DNA of 63,913 nt, filler included, from Piptocephalis cylindrospora (lineage: Eukaryota), in assembly GCA_003614145.1 (NCBI GenBank). It is 15 parts of 15 records of this genome, joined end to end, with 100 filler letters (N's around TTAATTAATTAA, not from the genome) between each part and the next. Parts side by side here need not be neighbours in the genome. Positions count along the whole stretch, not along the records: positions 34,444 to 38,623 come from KZ988561.1; positions 38,724 to 42,899 come from KZ988562.1; positions 43,000 to 47,048 come from KZ988563.1; positions 47,149 to 51,307 come from KZ988564.1; 11 more parts are not named here. One strand, given 5' to 3'. A model generated the notes under the pieces. That model was given only the letters and a program-made list of their open reading frames with translations. It searched no databases and was not told the DNA's origin. The position numbers and the translations under genes are program-made. This document shows positions 37,440 through 49,591 of this stretch, piece by piece; within the stretch, counting starts at the first letter, position 1; every line of letters starts with the position of its first letter.

Positions 37440-38519
37440 TCATCGGCGATGTTGTTTGTGTCTAAACTGCCTTATCTGCTCAGCGCCCAGAATACTTTCC
37501 TTGTCCAGGCCTAATTGCAGGTCTCTTAGACGCATTTTGTCTTGTTTTGTTTTGAGCTTCAGTTTAGGATCAATCAACTGGCTCCATCTAAGGTCATCAA
37601 CTTTCTTGTCATGGATGGTCATAACTCGAAAATTGCTGTTTGATTTAGCTCGTCTCAATTCTCTCACGTCTTTTGGCTGATTCGCATCAAGCGTCATGTT
37701 GAACAGAGATTTATGCCTCCTAATTGTTTTCTTTTCGTCGGCGGGCAGATGCATCTTGTCGAAGGAATCAGTCAAGGAATCCACGTCTGCCGTATTTAGA
37801 ATCCTTTCGATTATATAGCCGTATTTGTTCACATCCGTCTTCCACCCGGATTTGTTCACATCCGTCTTCCGCTTGGATTTATTCACACTCGCCTTGGATG
37901 GCGGCGGCTTTAGCTTTAAACAAATCTCTATATCGGGGATGTTGCTCGCATGCACCCGGATTTCAAACTCGTCTCCTGGAAAGTCTGATGTTGAAGGCTT
38001 TATCGGCCCGCTTCTTTTGACAGGCACGTCTGCATAATAATCCATGGTTGCCCAACTTCCAGTAGCTTTGATGAAATTGCCGAATTTCGCTCCATCGGAT
38101 CTGTTTTCAGAGGCAGGTATACAACGTATGCTAGGCGCAGGCTTTTTCCCTTCCCAGCCCCCACCCTCTACCAAGCCGTTGAACGGGAATTCATCTCGAT
38201 CATAGTCCTTAACACCACAGCCTTTATAGCGAGCATTGACTGAATTGCTTCGGTTCCTTTTCGGGTTTTTCGTCTTGGAGTCTTCAACGAGGTTACTTCC
38301 GTTTGTTTGAATACCTTCTTCTATAAAATGATATCTAAAAGACTCGTATTCTCGATTCCATCCAATAAAGTTCAAGTAGTTGCAGGCGACCGTAGGCGTG
38401 TTCCCGTCTCTATTGATGTAGTAAACAGGAACGTTTTTTTCTAATTCATGAGTTGGTTGTTGTTGGGTCTCGGTAGTCAAAGCAAAAAGAATGGCTAAGA
38501 GGGCGAATAGGAGGCTCAT
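37440..38519 (-). CDS. Secreted NucA/NucB-type (beta-beta-alpha metal) deoxyribonuclease
   Basis: Signal peptide followed by DRDEFPF..LVEGG...SIRCIPASENRSDG, the NucA/NucB signature. Confidence 0.82.
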   Translation of the reverse strand: MSLLFALLAILFALTTETQQQPTHELEKNVPVYYINRDGNTPTVACNYLNFIGWNREYESFRYHFIEEGIQTNGSNLVEDSKTKNPKRNRSNSVNARYKGCGVKDYDRDEFPFNGLVEGGGWEGKKPAPSIRCIPASENRSDGAKFGNFIKATGSWATMDYYADVPVKRSGPIKPSTSDFPGDEFEIRVHASNIPDIEICLKLKPPPSKASVNKSKRKTDVNKSGWKTDVNKYGYIIERILNTADVDSLTDSFDKMHLPADEKKTIRRHKSLFNMTLDANQPKDVRELRRAKSNSNFRVMTIHDKKVDDLRWSQLIDPKLKLKTKQDKMRLRDLQLGLDKESILGAEQIRQFRHKQHRR

Positions 38520-38723
38520 TTCGTTTCGGGGTGTCGTTTATCGGTGTGAGTGGATTTTTTTTGAGGAAGAAGGGGTGATTCTCTACTAGGCGAGCATAAA
38601 GAGGACAACCGAAGCCCTCTTTANNNNNNNNNNNNNNNNNNNNNNNNNNNNNNNNNNNNNNNNNNNNTTAATTAATTAANNNNNNNNNNNNNNNNNNNNN
38701 NNNNNNNNNNNNNNNNNNNNNNN

Positions 38724-39628
38724 CATTGAAGGATGATGGCGGAGGGACGGTAAGATTGCATGACACCTTCCATGACGGACTTGAACAGGTAGACATACTG
38801 GGCGTCATCGACCCCGTCATCTAGGGGGATATTGAGGGCATAGTGCTCGCCATCACCGAGGCCAACCTCGGACATGGGTCCGGTTCCGGGGAAGAAATCA
38901 CCGTTGTATTTGTGGAAGGAGACGGTCATGACACGATCGGTAGTGAAAAAGGCCTCCTGAACGCCATCACCATGGTGAATGTCGATGTCAACGTATAGAA
39001 CGCGGGGATGGTAGCGGAGGAGCTCGAGGGCGGCGAGGACAATGTCATTGACGTAGCAGAAACCAGAAGCCTCAGCCTTTTTAGCGTGGTGAAGCCCGCC
39101 GGACCAGTTGATGGCGACGTCAGTGGATGAAGCGTTGAGTCGACGAGCGGCTTCGATGGAGGAACCGGCATAAAGGCGACAAAAGTCGTACATGCCATCG
39201 AAGATGGGGCAATCATCGCCGATGTTGTAGCGGGAGTAGGAGGAGGAGAAGGTTGATGCGGTGGTGGGGGAAACACGGGAGAGGAAATCGAGATAGTCAG
39301 GGGCGTGGAAGGTTTCCAGCTCCTCCCGAGTGGCTTCTCGGGGAGCAAACATATCCATGTGGTGATGCAGACCATATCCCAGGACCAGATGGGCGGTCAG
39401 AGCCAGACGATGAGGCTTCATGGGATGACGTTCACCGTAGTGGAAGTTGGCGACGTCAGGATGCTGAAAATACTGTACGCGTGTCTTACTGTGACGAGGG
39501 GCTAGTCGATAGGAGGGATGTGTGTCCTCCTCCTCTGTCCCTCCAAAGTCCTGGGAGTGACGAGAGGAGTAGGTGGTCTCTCCTCTGGACCATTCGCCCT
39601 CGTCCGTGTGTTGAGCTTTCCGGGGCAT
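38724..39628 (-). CDS. HOS2: Class I histone deacetylase, HOS2/RPD3 family (3' truncated)
   Basis: [34 protein letters not shown] and FFPGTG. HOS2 versus RPD3 assignment is tentative. Confidence 0.9.
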
Positions 39629-40344
39629 GGGGGAGGGGAGATGTAAGTAGATGTAAGGAGAAGAAAGGAGAGGGGAGGAAAAGGTGTGTCCATCAACAAC
39701 ACAGAGACTGAATTGATCAGGCGATGTGGTTGGATGAGTTTGCGTGCATGAGGGGAGGCGCCTAAACCAAGGGCTGTAAATCATCACAGAGGAGGATTGA
39801 CTGGGCGAGTGTGTGTGGTAGTTTATGCTGCCTATGGATGGAAAGTAGCATGAAAATTTCAATATTGTTGTTGTTTTTGGGCAGGGACGAGTAGTAAATG
39901 GGATGGATGGATGGATGGTCAGATCACAAATCATCCATGTGTTCTAACCCTCCAATTCCTGAGGAAGTATTTGTGCTGGATGAATCAGAGAGACAGAGGG
40001 AGAGAGCCCAATGCATGCTCTCCAAGACATGGCCCACGATTGATCCTAAAGAGTTTGGCGGAGGATGCACTGAGGCAACGCTCTCCTTGGCTGACCTTGG
40101 ACGCGCTCTGCCCTGTAAACTTCATGATGATTCAATAGATCTATGGGGACAAGCCAAGTGGATGATTTTCCCCTTCACAGTAGGTAGTCAACGTTCAGGA
40201 AACACGTGCATTCTTTCCCCTTGATGAGGCGCAAAGGACCAGAGCATAAAGAGAATCCGTCCTTTCCCCCTCCGATTCGGAGACATCTACGACACGACAC
40301 GACACGACACCTGGAGCGGCCAAGTGATGAGGGCGCCCACTCAC

Positions 40345-40764
40345 TTACAACTCCAGCTCTTCCCGGGTGGGGATGCCAAGCTCCTCACGAGTGGGGGCAA
40401 GGGCCTGGAGGTAGGCCTCATACTGCGAGGGGGCCTCCACCTTGAGCTTCAAGGCCTCGAGGATACGGACGGCCGTGGCAATGTCGTTGATGCGACGGGC
40501 GGCACGAAGGGCCGTGTCGATGACCTCGGGGGCGGGGACGAGATCGTAGGAGAAGCAGTTGTTAAGGCCACGCTGCAACTCGTAGAGGTCGTCGACTCCG
40601 GCGAAAAAGTCAACATACCGGCTGGTGAACTGCTCGAACGTCTCCTCGGCGTGTTCAGCCGAGTAGGCCCGTCGTGCAGCCAGGGCCATTGAGGGAGTGG
40701 ACCGGGTGGCGACACGGGACATGGAGGTCCGGAGGGCGGAGGAGGCGATGAGACGAGGGAGCAT
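40345..40764 (-). CDS. COX6: Cytochrome c oxidase subunit 5A (yeast Cox6)
   Basis: Mitochondrial presequence, EETFEQF, ELQRGLNNCFSYDLVPAPEVI and ELGIPTREEL. Confidence 0.95.
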   Translation of the reverse strand: MLPRLIASSALRTSMSRVATRSTPSMALAARRAYSAEHAEETFEQFTSRYVDFFAGVDDLYELQRGLNNCFSYDLVPAPEVIDTALRAARRINDIATAVRILEALKLKVEAPSQYEAYLQALAPTREELGIPTREELEL

Positions 40765-43441
40765 AGTGGTGGATGGGAGAGGAGAGAGGGCAATATCAAA
40801 GGCAGTGTGGAGGAGAAGAGAAGAGGAGGGAGAGGGGGAGGGCAAAAGGACAACTAGTGTGTGCGTGTGTGTGTATGGAGAGAGAATAAGGGCAAGGGGG
40901 ATCCAAGTTCACCCGCCCACTCCGTTAGTATGTGTCTATGTCTAGGGAGCAGTGGTGAAAAATAGAGCAGTGGGGGGCAGGGACACACGGCATCGGAAGT
41001 GTGCGGGTGATTGAGAGAGGGATTTAACCATGCTGGCGTGGACTGTGCCGGGCTTGAAAGGCGTGCAGCCTGACCACGAAAGGAACCCACATCCCGGTGG
41101 GCCAAATCTGGAAGTGAAAATGTGTTCAAAATAGGCCATATCTCCTGTGGAGGGAGAATGAAAGGAGGGGGTGATTGAGTGGATTACATAGACTGTAGAG
41201 GCAGCGATCTAGCTGCATAGAGATTTACCCTGGCTGTTGAAGTGAGGGGACGGAGTTCAATCCCATATCTGCACACCTTTTCTATTTTCCCTTGTCTCGT
41301 CCCGTCTCAGACTTGGATACTAAGGCACGGTATGGAATGCAGATGGAAGTCAGAGGATGATTAAACACTCATAATAAAGGGGAAGAGGTCTACGCATATA
41401 TATGCCAATCTACCTCTTGTTTTTCCATAACGATTGGATGATGGCTGATATTTCTCTCATGGATTGTATAAATTCAACTCATAAGACATGATCCATCTTA
41501 TTTGTCTCTTCGTGCAGAGTGGCGTTTTAATTCGTTTCTCAAATAGGAAATTCCCTTAATGCTTCATACCACCCTAATTTTACATGACCTTACATGGAAA
41601 TTCCATCACGAAGCACTTGGTCCTGTCCGTATTTTCTCGTCGACCTCAATGGCCTTCAAGCTACCAGGAAGTGGGCAGGGGGTGCATTGGGCTCCATGGG
41701 AAGAGCGCATGTCCTCCTCCTCCTTGTGCATCAACGGCCCCTGCCTTGATCTCATCATCTCACGGTCATCCTCGCACCACCTACATCTTAAACATGGCTT
41801 GCAGGAATAAGGCTGTGCATGGGCGCATTCCAAGTCAGAGCTGGCCCATCGTCTAGTGCAGACTGCGTTAATCCGATAGGGCCTGCTGCATGGATTCGGT
41901 AAAGCATCGGTCTTTGAGTCTGCATCCTTGACTCTCCACAGTCGATAAGCATCCCATGCCCCGAGTGCGTTGGGCAATGGCCATCCCGCTCTCCTCCAGG
42001 GCCTTAGTCAATAGGCATCCCATCGTGCAGGAAAAGAGCATGCAATATACCCTATTTCATCAGGAGCTTTGAGCACCCTGCATGCACACATGCATCATTC
42101 TATCCCCCCACTTTCCGGAAAAAGCAGGGATCGGCAATATACCTCTCCCTCCCCCGTCCTCGTGTCTTTTGTTATTTTATTTCCATGATGCTTTTTTGCT
42201 GCTCGGCGGGGATTGGGGTCGTGGAATGATATCTTGATCCAACTCATGTCCCCCCCCCCCTCCTCCTGTTGAGGGAAGAGTAGGGTCGTTTAGATCAGCC
42301 CATCCAGGCATGGGGTAATTTAGAGAGTGGAGAGACCCAGGGAAGCGAGCGTGGTTCATTTGGGGATTCTCGTTCAATTTACTCTCTGTTCCCAAGTGAA
42401 CGTCTCCCTCCCACCAGTGACGGAGTATCTGTTGGTGTGTGTGAGGGGCCTGGATCATTGATGTGTGCGAGGGTTTATTGTGAGTGAGATGAGGAAATAG
42501 ATAGGACCTGTCCCACCTTGAACCCTTCCTACCCAATGATGGTGGCAGCATCCCCGCTAAATCATTCCGTAGATGTCTATAGCAGCGGTAGCAGTAGTGG
42601 AGGAAGAGAGGGGGAGACGGGCAAGGGAGAGGAGGAGGAGGAGGACATAGAACGGCCCACGATGAACCATCGGTCCTTTCTCTATGGCTCGGTGGTTCGA
42701 CGCGGTACTACGCATGTTCTTCTAATGGCCCCGAAAAGTATCCACTGTCTGCCACGCTTCACTCTCTCCTCTGCGTACACGCGCACCTTGCACACCCTCA
42801 CACACATGCACACACATACACACACCCAGAGAGTGGGATCCTCCTTTCCCATCCGCCTTTATCCCCCTCCCAGCCATCAACAGTAGGAGGGGGGGGGGGN
42901 NNNNNNNNNNNNNNNNNNNNNNNNNNNNNNNNNNNNNNNNNNNTTAATTAATTAANNNNNNNNNNNNNNNNNNNNNNNNNNNNNNNNNNNNNNNNNNNNG
43001 TTTCTTCCCTCATTTTTTCGTCTAAAGTTCCTAGGTCCTGATTTTCACTGACTATTGCCACGGCGAGTCGCGATGGTACTTGACATCTACTATTGTATCT
43101 GCGAGCTATTATGCTAGAACTTATTCTATCGTAATGGTAAACGTCAGGTCCTGGATCTTCCTTGACTCTCTGAAATGATTTTCAATGGTCATCAGTAATC
43201 TGCGCCGATGTTTTTCCAGCTTTATTTTCGGATCATAAAAGTCGTTCAGGTCAAATCGTTGAGATCGCTTGGAGGAAACAGAGAAAGGTGAATGCGCGTT
43301 ACATTTTCACAAGCGCATCCTCAGTAGGATGCTCCCTCTAGACTAAAGTTATCTATAAAGACTTCTGCAGTGCTGGATACGGTTTCTTCGAACATTTACA
43401 TCCCCGTCTGACCGGACTGGCTCATCCTTCCAGGTTCCAGA

Positions 43442-44743
43442 TCATCTAATACTGCCTTTCAGAGGAGGGAGCAGAGCACCGAGGATTGCGTACAGACTAC
43501 TTTCCCATGCTTCTACGGGGCCGGGAAGACACCATTCAATGCATGCATCCGGGCTCCCCGCCGGACTCTTCTCTTGGACATGACCATCTTCGCGTAAGAG
43601 CATCATACCCTCAACATCCCACCACACGCCACCAGCTTTGAGAATGTTTTGGCGTAGGGTGGTGTGGTAGGATTGCAATTCTTCCCATTCTACGGGGACA
43701 TAGTACGGTAGATGGGGGGCAGGATGGAGAATGGAGGGTGAGCACCCTGGGTGAGGCATATAGCCGCTTCGATGAATATGTAAGATATTGGGAAGGAGTG
43801 GGCGCAGATGCTCGAGATTAGCCTGGAGTTTCTCGGATCGGGTGGATGGGCTATTGGAGGTAATTAGAATGGGCGATTTTCTGGTTTCATTGGCCATCAC
43901 CTGTTCTAAGAGCTTCGGTAGGTGAGGCAGGGATTGCAATGAAGCATCCATGATCGTAATGAGTTGGGTGACCACTTTGGTCCCAGCCTCGTCCTCATCT
44001 TTTTCCTCATTACAAAGAGGGTACAAGGTACAATTAGTGTGGTTTCCATGGCAAGGGAAGAGCTGGAATCCTGGATTCCCCTGATGATTGACCTGACCCA
44101 TTCGTAGGAGAAGTGTGCTGATGAGCTGTTGCTGTGTGGGATCACCCATGATCACTATAGTCCTCCCTCGGACCATTCTACACATCCCTTGCCGATTGGG
44201 GAGATGTAAGGGGCATTGAAGGGAGGATGGGGTCGTCCAGTGCCAGCTGGTGGTCTCGCGGTTGATTATTCCATCCTCCCACTCCTCCCTTCCCCATCCC
44301 ATCGGCCCGTCCTTCTCATTGCCCAGGGGGTTGGAAATGTCACCGAGATAATCCATGTGAGAAAAAGGTGAGTCGCAACTTATATAACCAGGGTCTAGAA
44401 GAGGCCAGGTCCGGGGAGAGATTGGTACTCCTCGATCTGAATCGTACACCCATTCACCCTGTCGGGTCCAGCACTCCAGTTGTTTCCAAAAGATAGCACG
44501 ATCCCTCTGATCCTGTAGTCTCGATCCAGGGATGGCAATGTCAAGAGAGGGTGGTTCATAGGGAGAGGTTGGGGTGGGGAGTCGGGTTATGGACTGATGG
44601 GATTGAAAGGCCTTAGACCACTCCATGGTCCGGGATAAAGATGGGATGACCTGAAGGAGCAGATAGAGCGCCAGGGCCAGACCGAGGAAGAACGGTATCG
44701 AGGACGTTCGGCACCTAGGAAGTCGCCATATGGACCCTGCCAT
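43442..44743 (-). CDS. Type II membrane PC-esterase/TBL (SGNH-like) family protein with altered catalytic motifs
   Basis: N-terminal TM, GEWVYD, IVIMGDP at the GDS position and CIEWCLPGP at the DCxHWCLPG position. Confidence 0.72.
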   Translation of the reverse strand: MAGSIWRLPRCRTSSIPFFLGLALALYLLLQVIPSLSRTMEWSKAFQSHQSITRLPTPTSPYEPPSLDIAIPGSRLQDQRDRAIFWKQLECWTRQGEWVYDSDRGVPISPRTWPLLDPGYISCDSPFSHMDYLGDISNPLGNEKDGPMGWGREEWEDGIINRETTSWHWTTPSSLQCPLHLPNRQGMCRMVRGRTIVIMGDPTQQQLISTLLLRMGQVNHQGNPGFQLFPCHGNHTNCTLYPLCNEEKDEDEAGTKVVTQLITIMDASLQSLPHLPKLLEQVMANETRKSPILITSNSPSTRSEKLQANLEHLRPLLPNILHIHRSGYMPHPGCSPSILHPAPHLPYYVPVEWEELQSYHTTLRQNILKAGGVWWDVEGMMLLREDGHVQEKSPAGSPDACIEWCLPGPVEAWESSLYAILGALLPPLKGSIR

Positions 44744-45197
44744 CGTTAAGGATGAAGGTGAAAAATGGGATGGAAGTGTAGAAAGAAAAGGGGGATGATG
44801 GAGCCTGGGGATGATAGGCAGGGGTGAGTGCTTCCCAGGCATTGCCCTTCATTGCCAATCATGACTGTCTCAAAAATTGCTTTTAAAAGGCTAATCTGTG
44901 AATCTTTTTAGAGTCGGAGTTTTGGTTTGAACTCAACTCCGCAGACTATGTTTTAAAGCTAGGGAGAGCCAAGAAACCTTGGATAAGCCTTCCTCAACGA
45001 CCTATCTTCACTCTTCATTCCATTCCATTCTATCTCCTCTCCTCATCCTTTCCTTCTTCCTCCTGGGTATTATTGTCCCTCTTCGCCAGGGTACTGTCTC
45101 TCAACCTCTTCTTCTCCTAGTAGAGTCTTACGCTGGTCGTGTCTCTCTACCCCTCTCTCTCTCTCTTTCTATTCCCTCTTTCTTCTCTTCTGCTGCC

Positions 45198-46217
45198 ATG
45201 CTTCTCCCCAGGTTGGGCTGGATGCTTGGGTTTACCTTATGCCTCTTGATTGGGGGTGCTAGACCCTCATGGATGGTCCGGCAACGCGGCTTCCTTCTGT
45301 CCAGTAACGCAACCGGCGAATTTCTCTCCAAATTCTCCCATGATACCGAGGCCGGACTGTCACTCTTTCGACTCATTACCACGGAGGAGGATGCTTCCCC
45401 CGTATTCCTTAATTACTCGGCCATCGGATCGAAAGGCGAGCAACCTTTCCTCCTGGATCCCTCTACTAAGCATGATGGGCCCTTGATCTGTGCTACTGCC
45501 AATGCAACCTGGTTTATGGCCTTGGCTGAGAACACGACATCCACCTGCGTGCCCTGGACTATCGAGGCGCAGGATCGGAACCTCATCTTTCACATTCCCA
45601 TGTCGGATCAGTGCTTGGTAATTCGACGACCCGATGGATCTGGACCTTCGGGATACGCATTTGGCTCATGCTCCTCTCCTGAGGCCATTTGGTCATTTAA
45701 GATGGCGCCTCGAAAAACGCTCACTACCGGTGCCTATGTCAAGTCTTCCAAGGATGATTCTCAAGACGATTCTTCTGCAGCTACCGAATCAGAGGATTCC
45801 TCTTCCTCTTCGCAGAATGAGGGGCCTAGTAACTCTTCCTCTTCCCCTCCACAGGAGGGGTCTGATCAGTCACCCTTTCCATCCTCGCAGGATGAGGAGT
45901 CCAGCAATTCACCCTCTTCCTCTCAGCAAGATGATTCTGATGGATCATTCTCTTCCTCTCAGCAAGATGATTCTGATGGATCATTCTCTTCATCTCAGCA
46001 GAATGATGGGCCCGGTGGATCATTCTCTTCCCCTCAACAGGGGAAGTCTGGTAATTCATCCCTATCCTCTCAGCAGGAGACCTCCAATGAGTCATCCTCT
46101 TCTTCTCCGGATGAGGACATTGATGGCAAGATCAAGATCGTGACGGATCTGGTGGATGATTCCGATGGAGCATCCGCAAAGCCCAACACTTCTGCTGTCT
46201 TGCAAGTGGGTATCTAG
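45198..46217 (+). CDS. Secreted protein with possible beta-trefoil-like domain and Ser/Asp/Gln-rich repeats
   Basis: Signal peptide; DQCLVI...C....IW resembles a ricin-B repeat; SSSQQDDSDGSF tandem repeats at ~45910-46030. Confidence 0.65.
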   Translation: MLLPRLGWMLGFTLCLLIGGARPSWMVRQRGFLLSSNATGEFLSKFSHDTEAGLSLFRLITTEEDASPVFLNYSAIGSKGEQPFLLDPSTKHDGPLICATANATWFMALAENTTSTCVPWTIEAQDRNLIFHIPMSDQCLVIRRPDGSGPSGYAFGSCSSPEAIWSFKMAPRKTLTTGAYVKSSKDDSQDDSSAATESEDSSSSSQNEGPSNSSSSPPQEGSDQSPFPSSQDEESSNSPSSSQQDDSDGSFSSSQQDDSDGSFSSSQQNDGPGGSFSSPQQGKSGNSSLSSQQETSNESSSSSPDEDIDGKIKIVTDLVDDSDGASAKPNTSAVLQVGI

Positions 46218-46485
46218 GGAGAGAATTAGGATCAGCTTCAGTTTCTGGGCCAGATAATGCATTGTGGTTCCCCGCACATGTCGGCTTTATCAAGATGGTC
46301 TTATCATCCTCTGTTGAAGGGCGTGCGCGCGTGTATGATGCATTGTATTTTCCTTGGGTACGATGATAATTAGGGTGAGGGGCATCTATCGGGATGACAA
46401 TGTGCCCCCTCTCCCCCATACCCTCACATCTTCCTAATAGCACGGAGGGAAGAGGAGATCAAAGTAGAGTTCCTTGTTGAAGGTT

Positions 46486-46824
46486 TCAGACGTACAAGCC
46501 AGCGTATAAGAAAGAGAATACGACTCCAAAGCCAAGAGCAACAGACGCGATCAGAGCCAAAGATATCTCACTCACGATGCCTGATCGGGTTACGCTGTAG
46601 GCTCCGGTCAGGACAAGGCCAATAGCCGAGGCTGAGATGGCCAAGACGGGAAAAAGGTCCTGGGAGACTGGGGCGATAAAAGGGGTTCCAGTCAAGGGCC
46701 CCAAGGGAGTCTAGATAGGCATACAGGGATGAGTATAGGAGTCCTTATGGACCCTGAACATGGAGGCGGGGGAAATAAACATGTCTTCTCTCCAAGAATG
46801 AACGCTTACCGCAGGGTAGGACAT
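46486..46824 (-). CDS. OST5: Oligosaccharyltransferase subunit OST5/TMEM258; 2 exons
   Basis: Exon 1 is MSYPA (46810-46824), intron 46711-46809, then PV...EISLALIASVALGFGVVFSFLYAGLYV. Confidence 0.85.
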
Positions 46825-47148
46825 GGTTTGGTTGATGGGGCTAATGATGGCGGCAAGGGCAGGGTCGGAGGAGAGATGGAAAGAAGAAAGGATGGAGTGG
46901 CTAAGGCGTGCGAGGCATTGTGTGTGGAGGATTGGCGGGGTCAAGATAGTTTTGGTGGTTATAGGGTTTCGGGCGGCACCATTGCCATTGCAGCCCCTTT
47001 GACGCGCGCTCCGCCCAGGAAGTTTGGGGTGCCCAAATGAGTAGGGGTNNNNNNNNNNNNNNNNNNNNNNNNNNNNNNNNNNNNNNNNNNNNTTAATTAA
47101 TTAANNNNNNNNNNNNNNNNNNNNNNNNNNNNNNNNNNNNNNNNNNNN

Positions 47149-49468
47149 GGCCATTTGTGTGATATCCATGCTACTAGAGGTATTTTTGTTATTTCCCAGG
47201 ATGGCTGAAGAGGAAGAGGCAATAATGTTGCCCTGGGGATCGACGGTCATGCTACTCCAGGCTTCTTGGTCATCAATACCAGATGATCGACCTTGTCCAA
47301 TGGCCCGGACGTCTTCACCTCCCTTGCTAACCCCACCAAAGAGTTGGAGGAGAAGGCCTTTCTTAACATCCTCATGCTCAAAGATGGACGGAGCCATGGA
47401 ATGGGCAAGGCGAGTAAATATTTCCGGATCCTTAGCCAGTTCCCGGATTTCCCGAAGCTGAGCTCCATCCAGGCCTTGGGGCAGGGTCGAGATGGAATGT
47501 TCTCCAGGTGAACCATCTTCATCCTCATTCATGTCCATGCTATTGAGGTCCTGCTGCCCACCTTCAGTGTCGTTGTCGGAAGCGACGATACGATCATCCT
47601 CGACATAGGTGGCCCACTGAGGTTCCTCATCGGCCTCAATCCCCTTATCATCTCTTCCCCGCTTCCAAGAGGATGTGGGCATAGTGGCGCCTGAATGAAG
47701 ATTTTGACCATCCACCCGACAAAGGTGGACAACATCAACATAAGTGCGGAAAAGGGTGCGGACGGTCCTTTGTCTAGGATTCACCCGGATAGGGACACAC
47801 CGGTAGATGCCTGTGACCTCCAGCCGGTCACCTGGTCTTCCCACGTCTACCAGTTCATCGTAGAGACACAAATTGAGGGTGTGTGGGGTTTGTCCATCAG
47901 GAATGGCATCTATGAGGGTAAAGGAATAGGATGAGTGATGAGTAGTGGATTTCCTTCTGTCCTGTTCCCACAAGGCTGCCTGATGCTACCTGGAACTTCC
48001 TGGAGACGGGAAACTTGCTTATCAGAAAATTCCGAGCGATTATGGACAAGAACCATAGCATTAAGGGCCTTGCAAGTTTGATTGGGACACCGGGTAGGCT
48101 CTTGCATCTGACCCCGGTCTACTGGTGCCCATGATTCCTGATGGCACATGGAGCACCTGAAGAAAGCTGAAAGGAGAAAAAGAGTGTCAGTCCTGCCCAT
48201 CCACACCCACTCGACCCCGTATTCATTATTTTTACTCCAAGAAAAGACATAGTGCACAGCATACCTTGCTTCAGGTCAGGAATGATGGGGGAGGCACGGA
48301 TCATAAGACCCTTGATGGTAACGAGCTGGTCGATATCTTCGGGGTTCAATTCGCGCATGTTGACAGACCGGCCAAGGTTAAAGGGCCTAACCTTCCAGAC
48401 AGGGAGTTGGGGGATAGGAACCTGGGGGAAGAGCTCCTGGTACCACTCTGACATAGCGTGGTCCATTAAGGGGATGATCTCCTGAGGGTATCGTAGTAAC
48501 TGGTGATAAAGAGTGGTGGATTGAGGATAGGAAAGAAGTTTTTGGGTATCTAGATTGAGGAAATAGGAGTTACGAGAGCAGAGCTGATGCATCAAACGAG
48601 GGTAATAGGGCTCAAGATCCTCAGGTCTCCCGGAAGAGGGAAGCTGACGGTGAAGGAGAAGGTGACGAGTAGTGAAGCCCCGGAGAAAACGATGAAAGGC
48701 CTCAAGGGTGGTATCAACATTGATATCCGTACCCCAGATGACGGCCCGAGTGGCGGATGGATCTAATCCTGTCATACCTACCTCTTCCTGTGTCGGGGGG
48801 AATCCTGGGGTAACTTCAGTAGCAGAGGAGGGCTCGGAAATGGAGCTGGGGCCCAGGGAGGAGGGGGGAAGCTGGGTCAACGGGACAGCGGAACCACTCG
48901 CCCTAGCCGGGCTACCTTGTGCATAGAGCCGCGCAACGAGACGACGGGAATGATGAGGGGACATGTGAATGTCACCACGGCGACGGCTCGGGGTAAGGGC
49001 AAGGGGAATAGTGCCTGTCTGACCCTGAGAGGCCTGGGCGGTTATTGGGCCTTGGGAGGCGGTTTGAGAGCCAAGTAAGGGGGTGGCAGAAGAAGAGAGG
49101 GAAGCCTGAGAAAGGAGGGCAGGAGGAAGGCCCTGGCTATCCCCAGACCTCACGGGGGCACCACTTTCATAGGTCTGATCAAAAGCATGAATGTTCCCGG
49201 AGGTATAAGAGCGAGGCTGCAGGACAGGAGAAGCATCCATTGGACCAGCATCGGAGGAGGGCGGGGCCAAAGGGGCATTTTCGCCCATCAGGGCATCATC
49301 ATCATCCTGATGTTGCTGGGTTCTTAGATTGTGAGCAGTGCGTGACTTGCGGGAAGGAGTTGAAGGATTCCGGGTTGATTGAGGACTTTGCTGGGCCGAC
49401 GTGGTCTGCAAAGGCAGGCGTGGGGAGGAGCGAGAAGGGGAAGAGGAAGGTGGTGGCGGGTCCGACAT
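47149..49468 (-). CDS. MCM4: DNA replication licensing factor MCM4; multi-exon, 3' truncated
   Basis: Ser/Pro-rich N-terminus, IWGTDI, MRELNPEDIDQLV, HNRSEFSDKQ, PDGQTPH and DVKKGLLLQLFGG. Confidence 0.95.
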
Positions 49469-49591
49469 TGATGCTAAGGAGGGGAGGAGAGAGAGGAGAG
49501 ACGGAGGAGAAGTGAAAGGAAGTGAGGGGAGAGCTGTGTGGGTGAGGCGACGGATTACTTTTTATGAGAGGTGGCGGAGAGGGCACGGATA

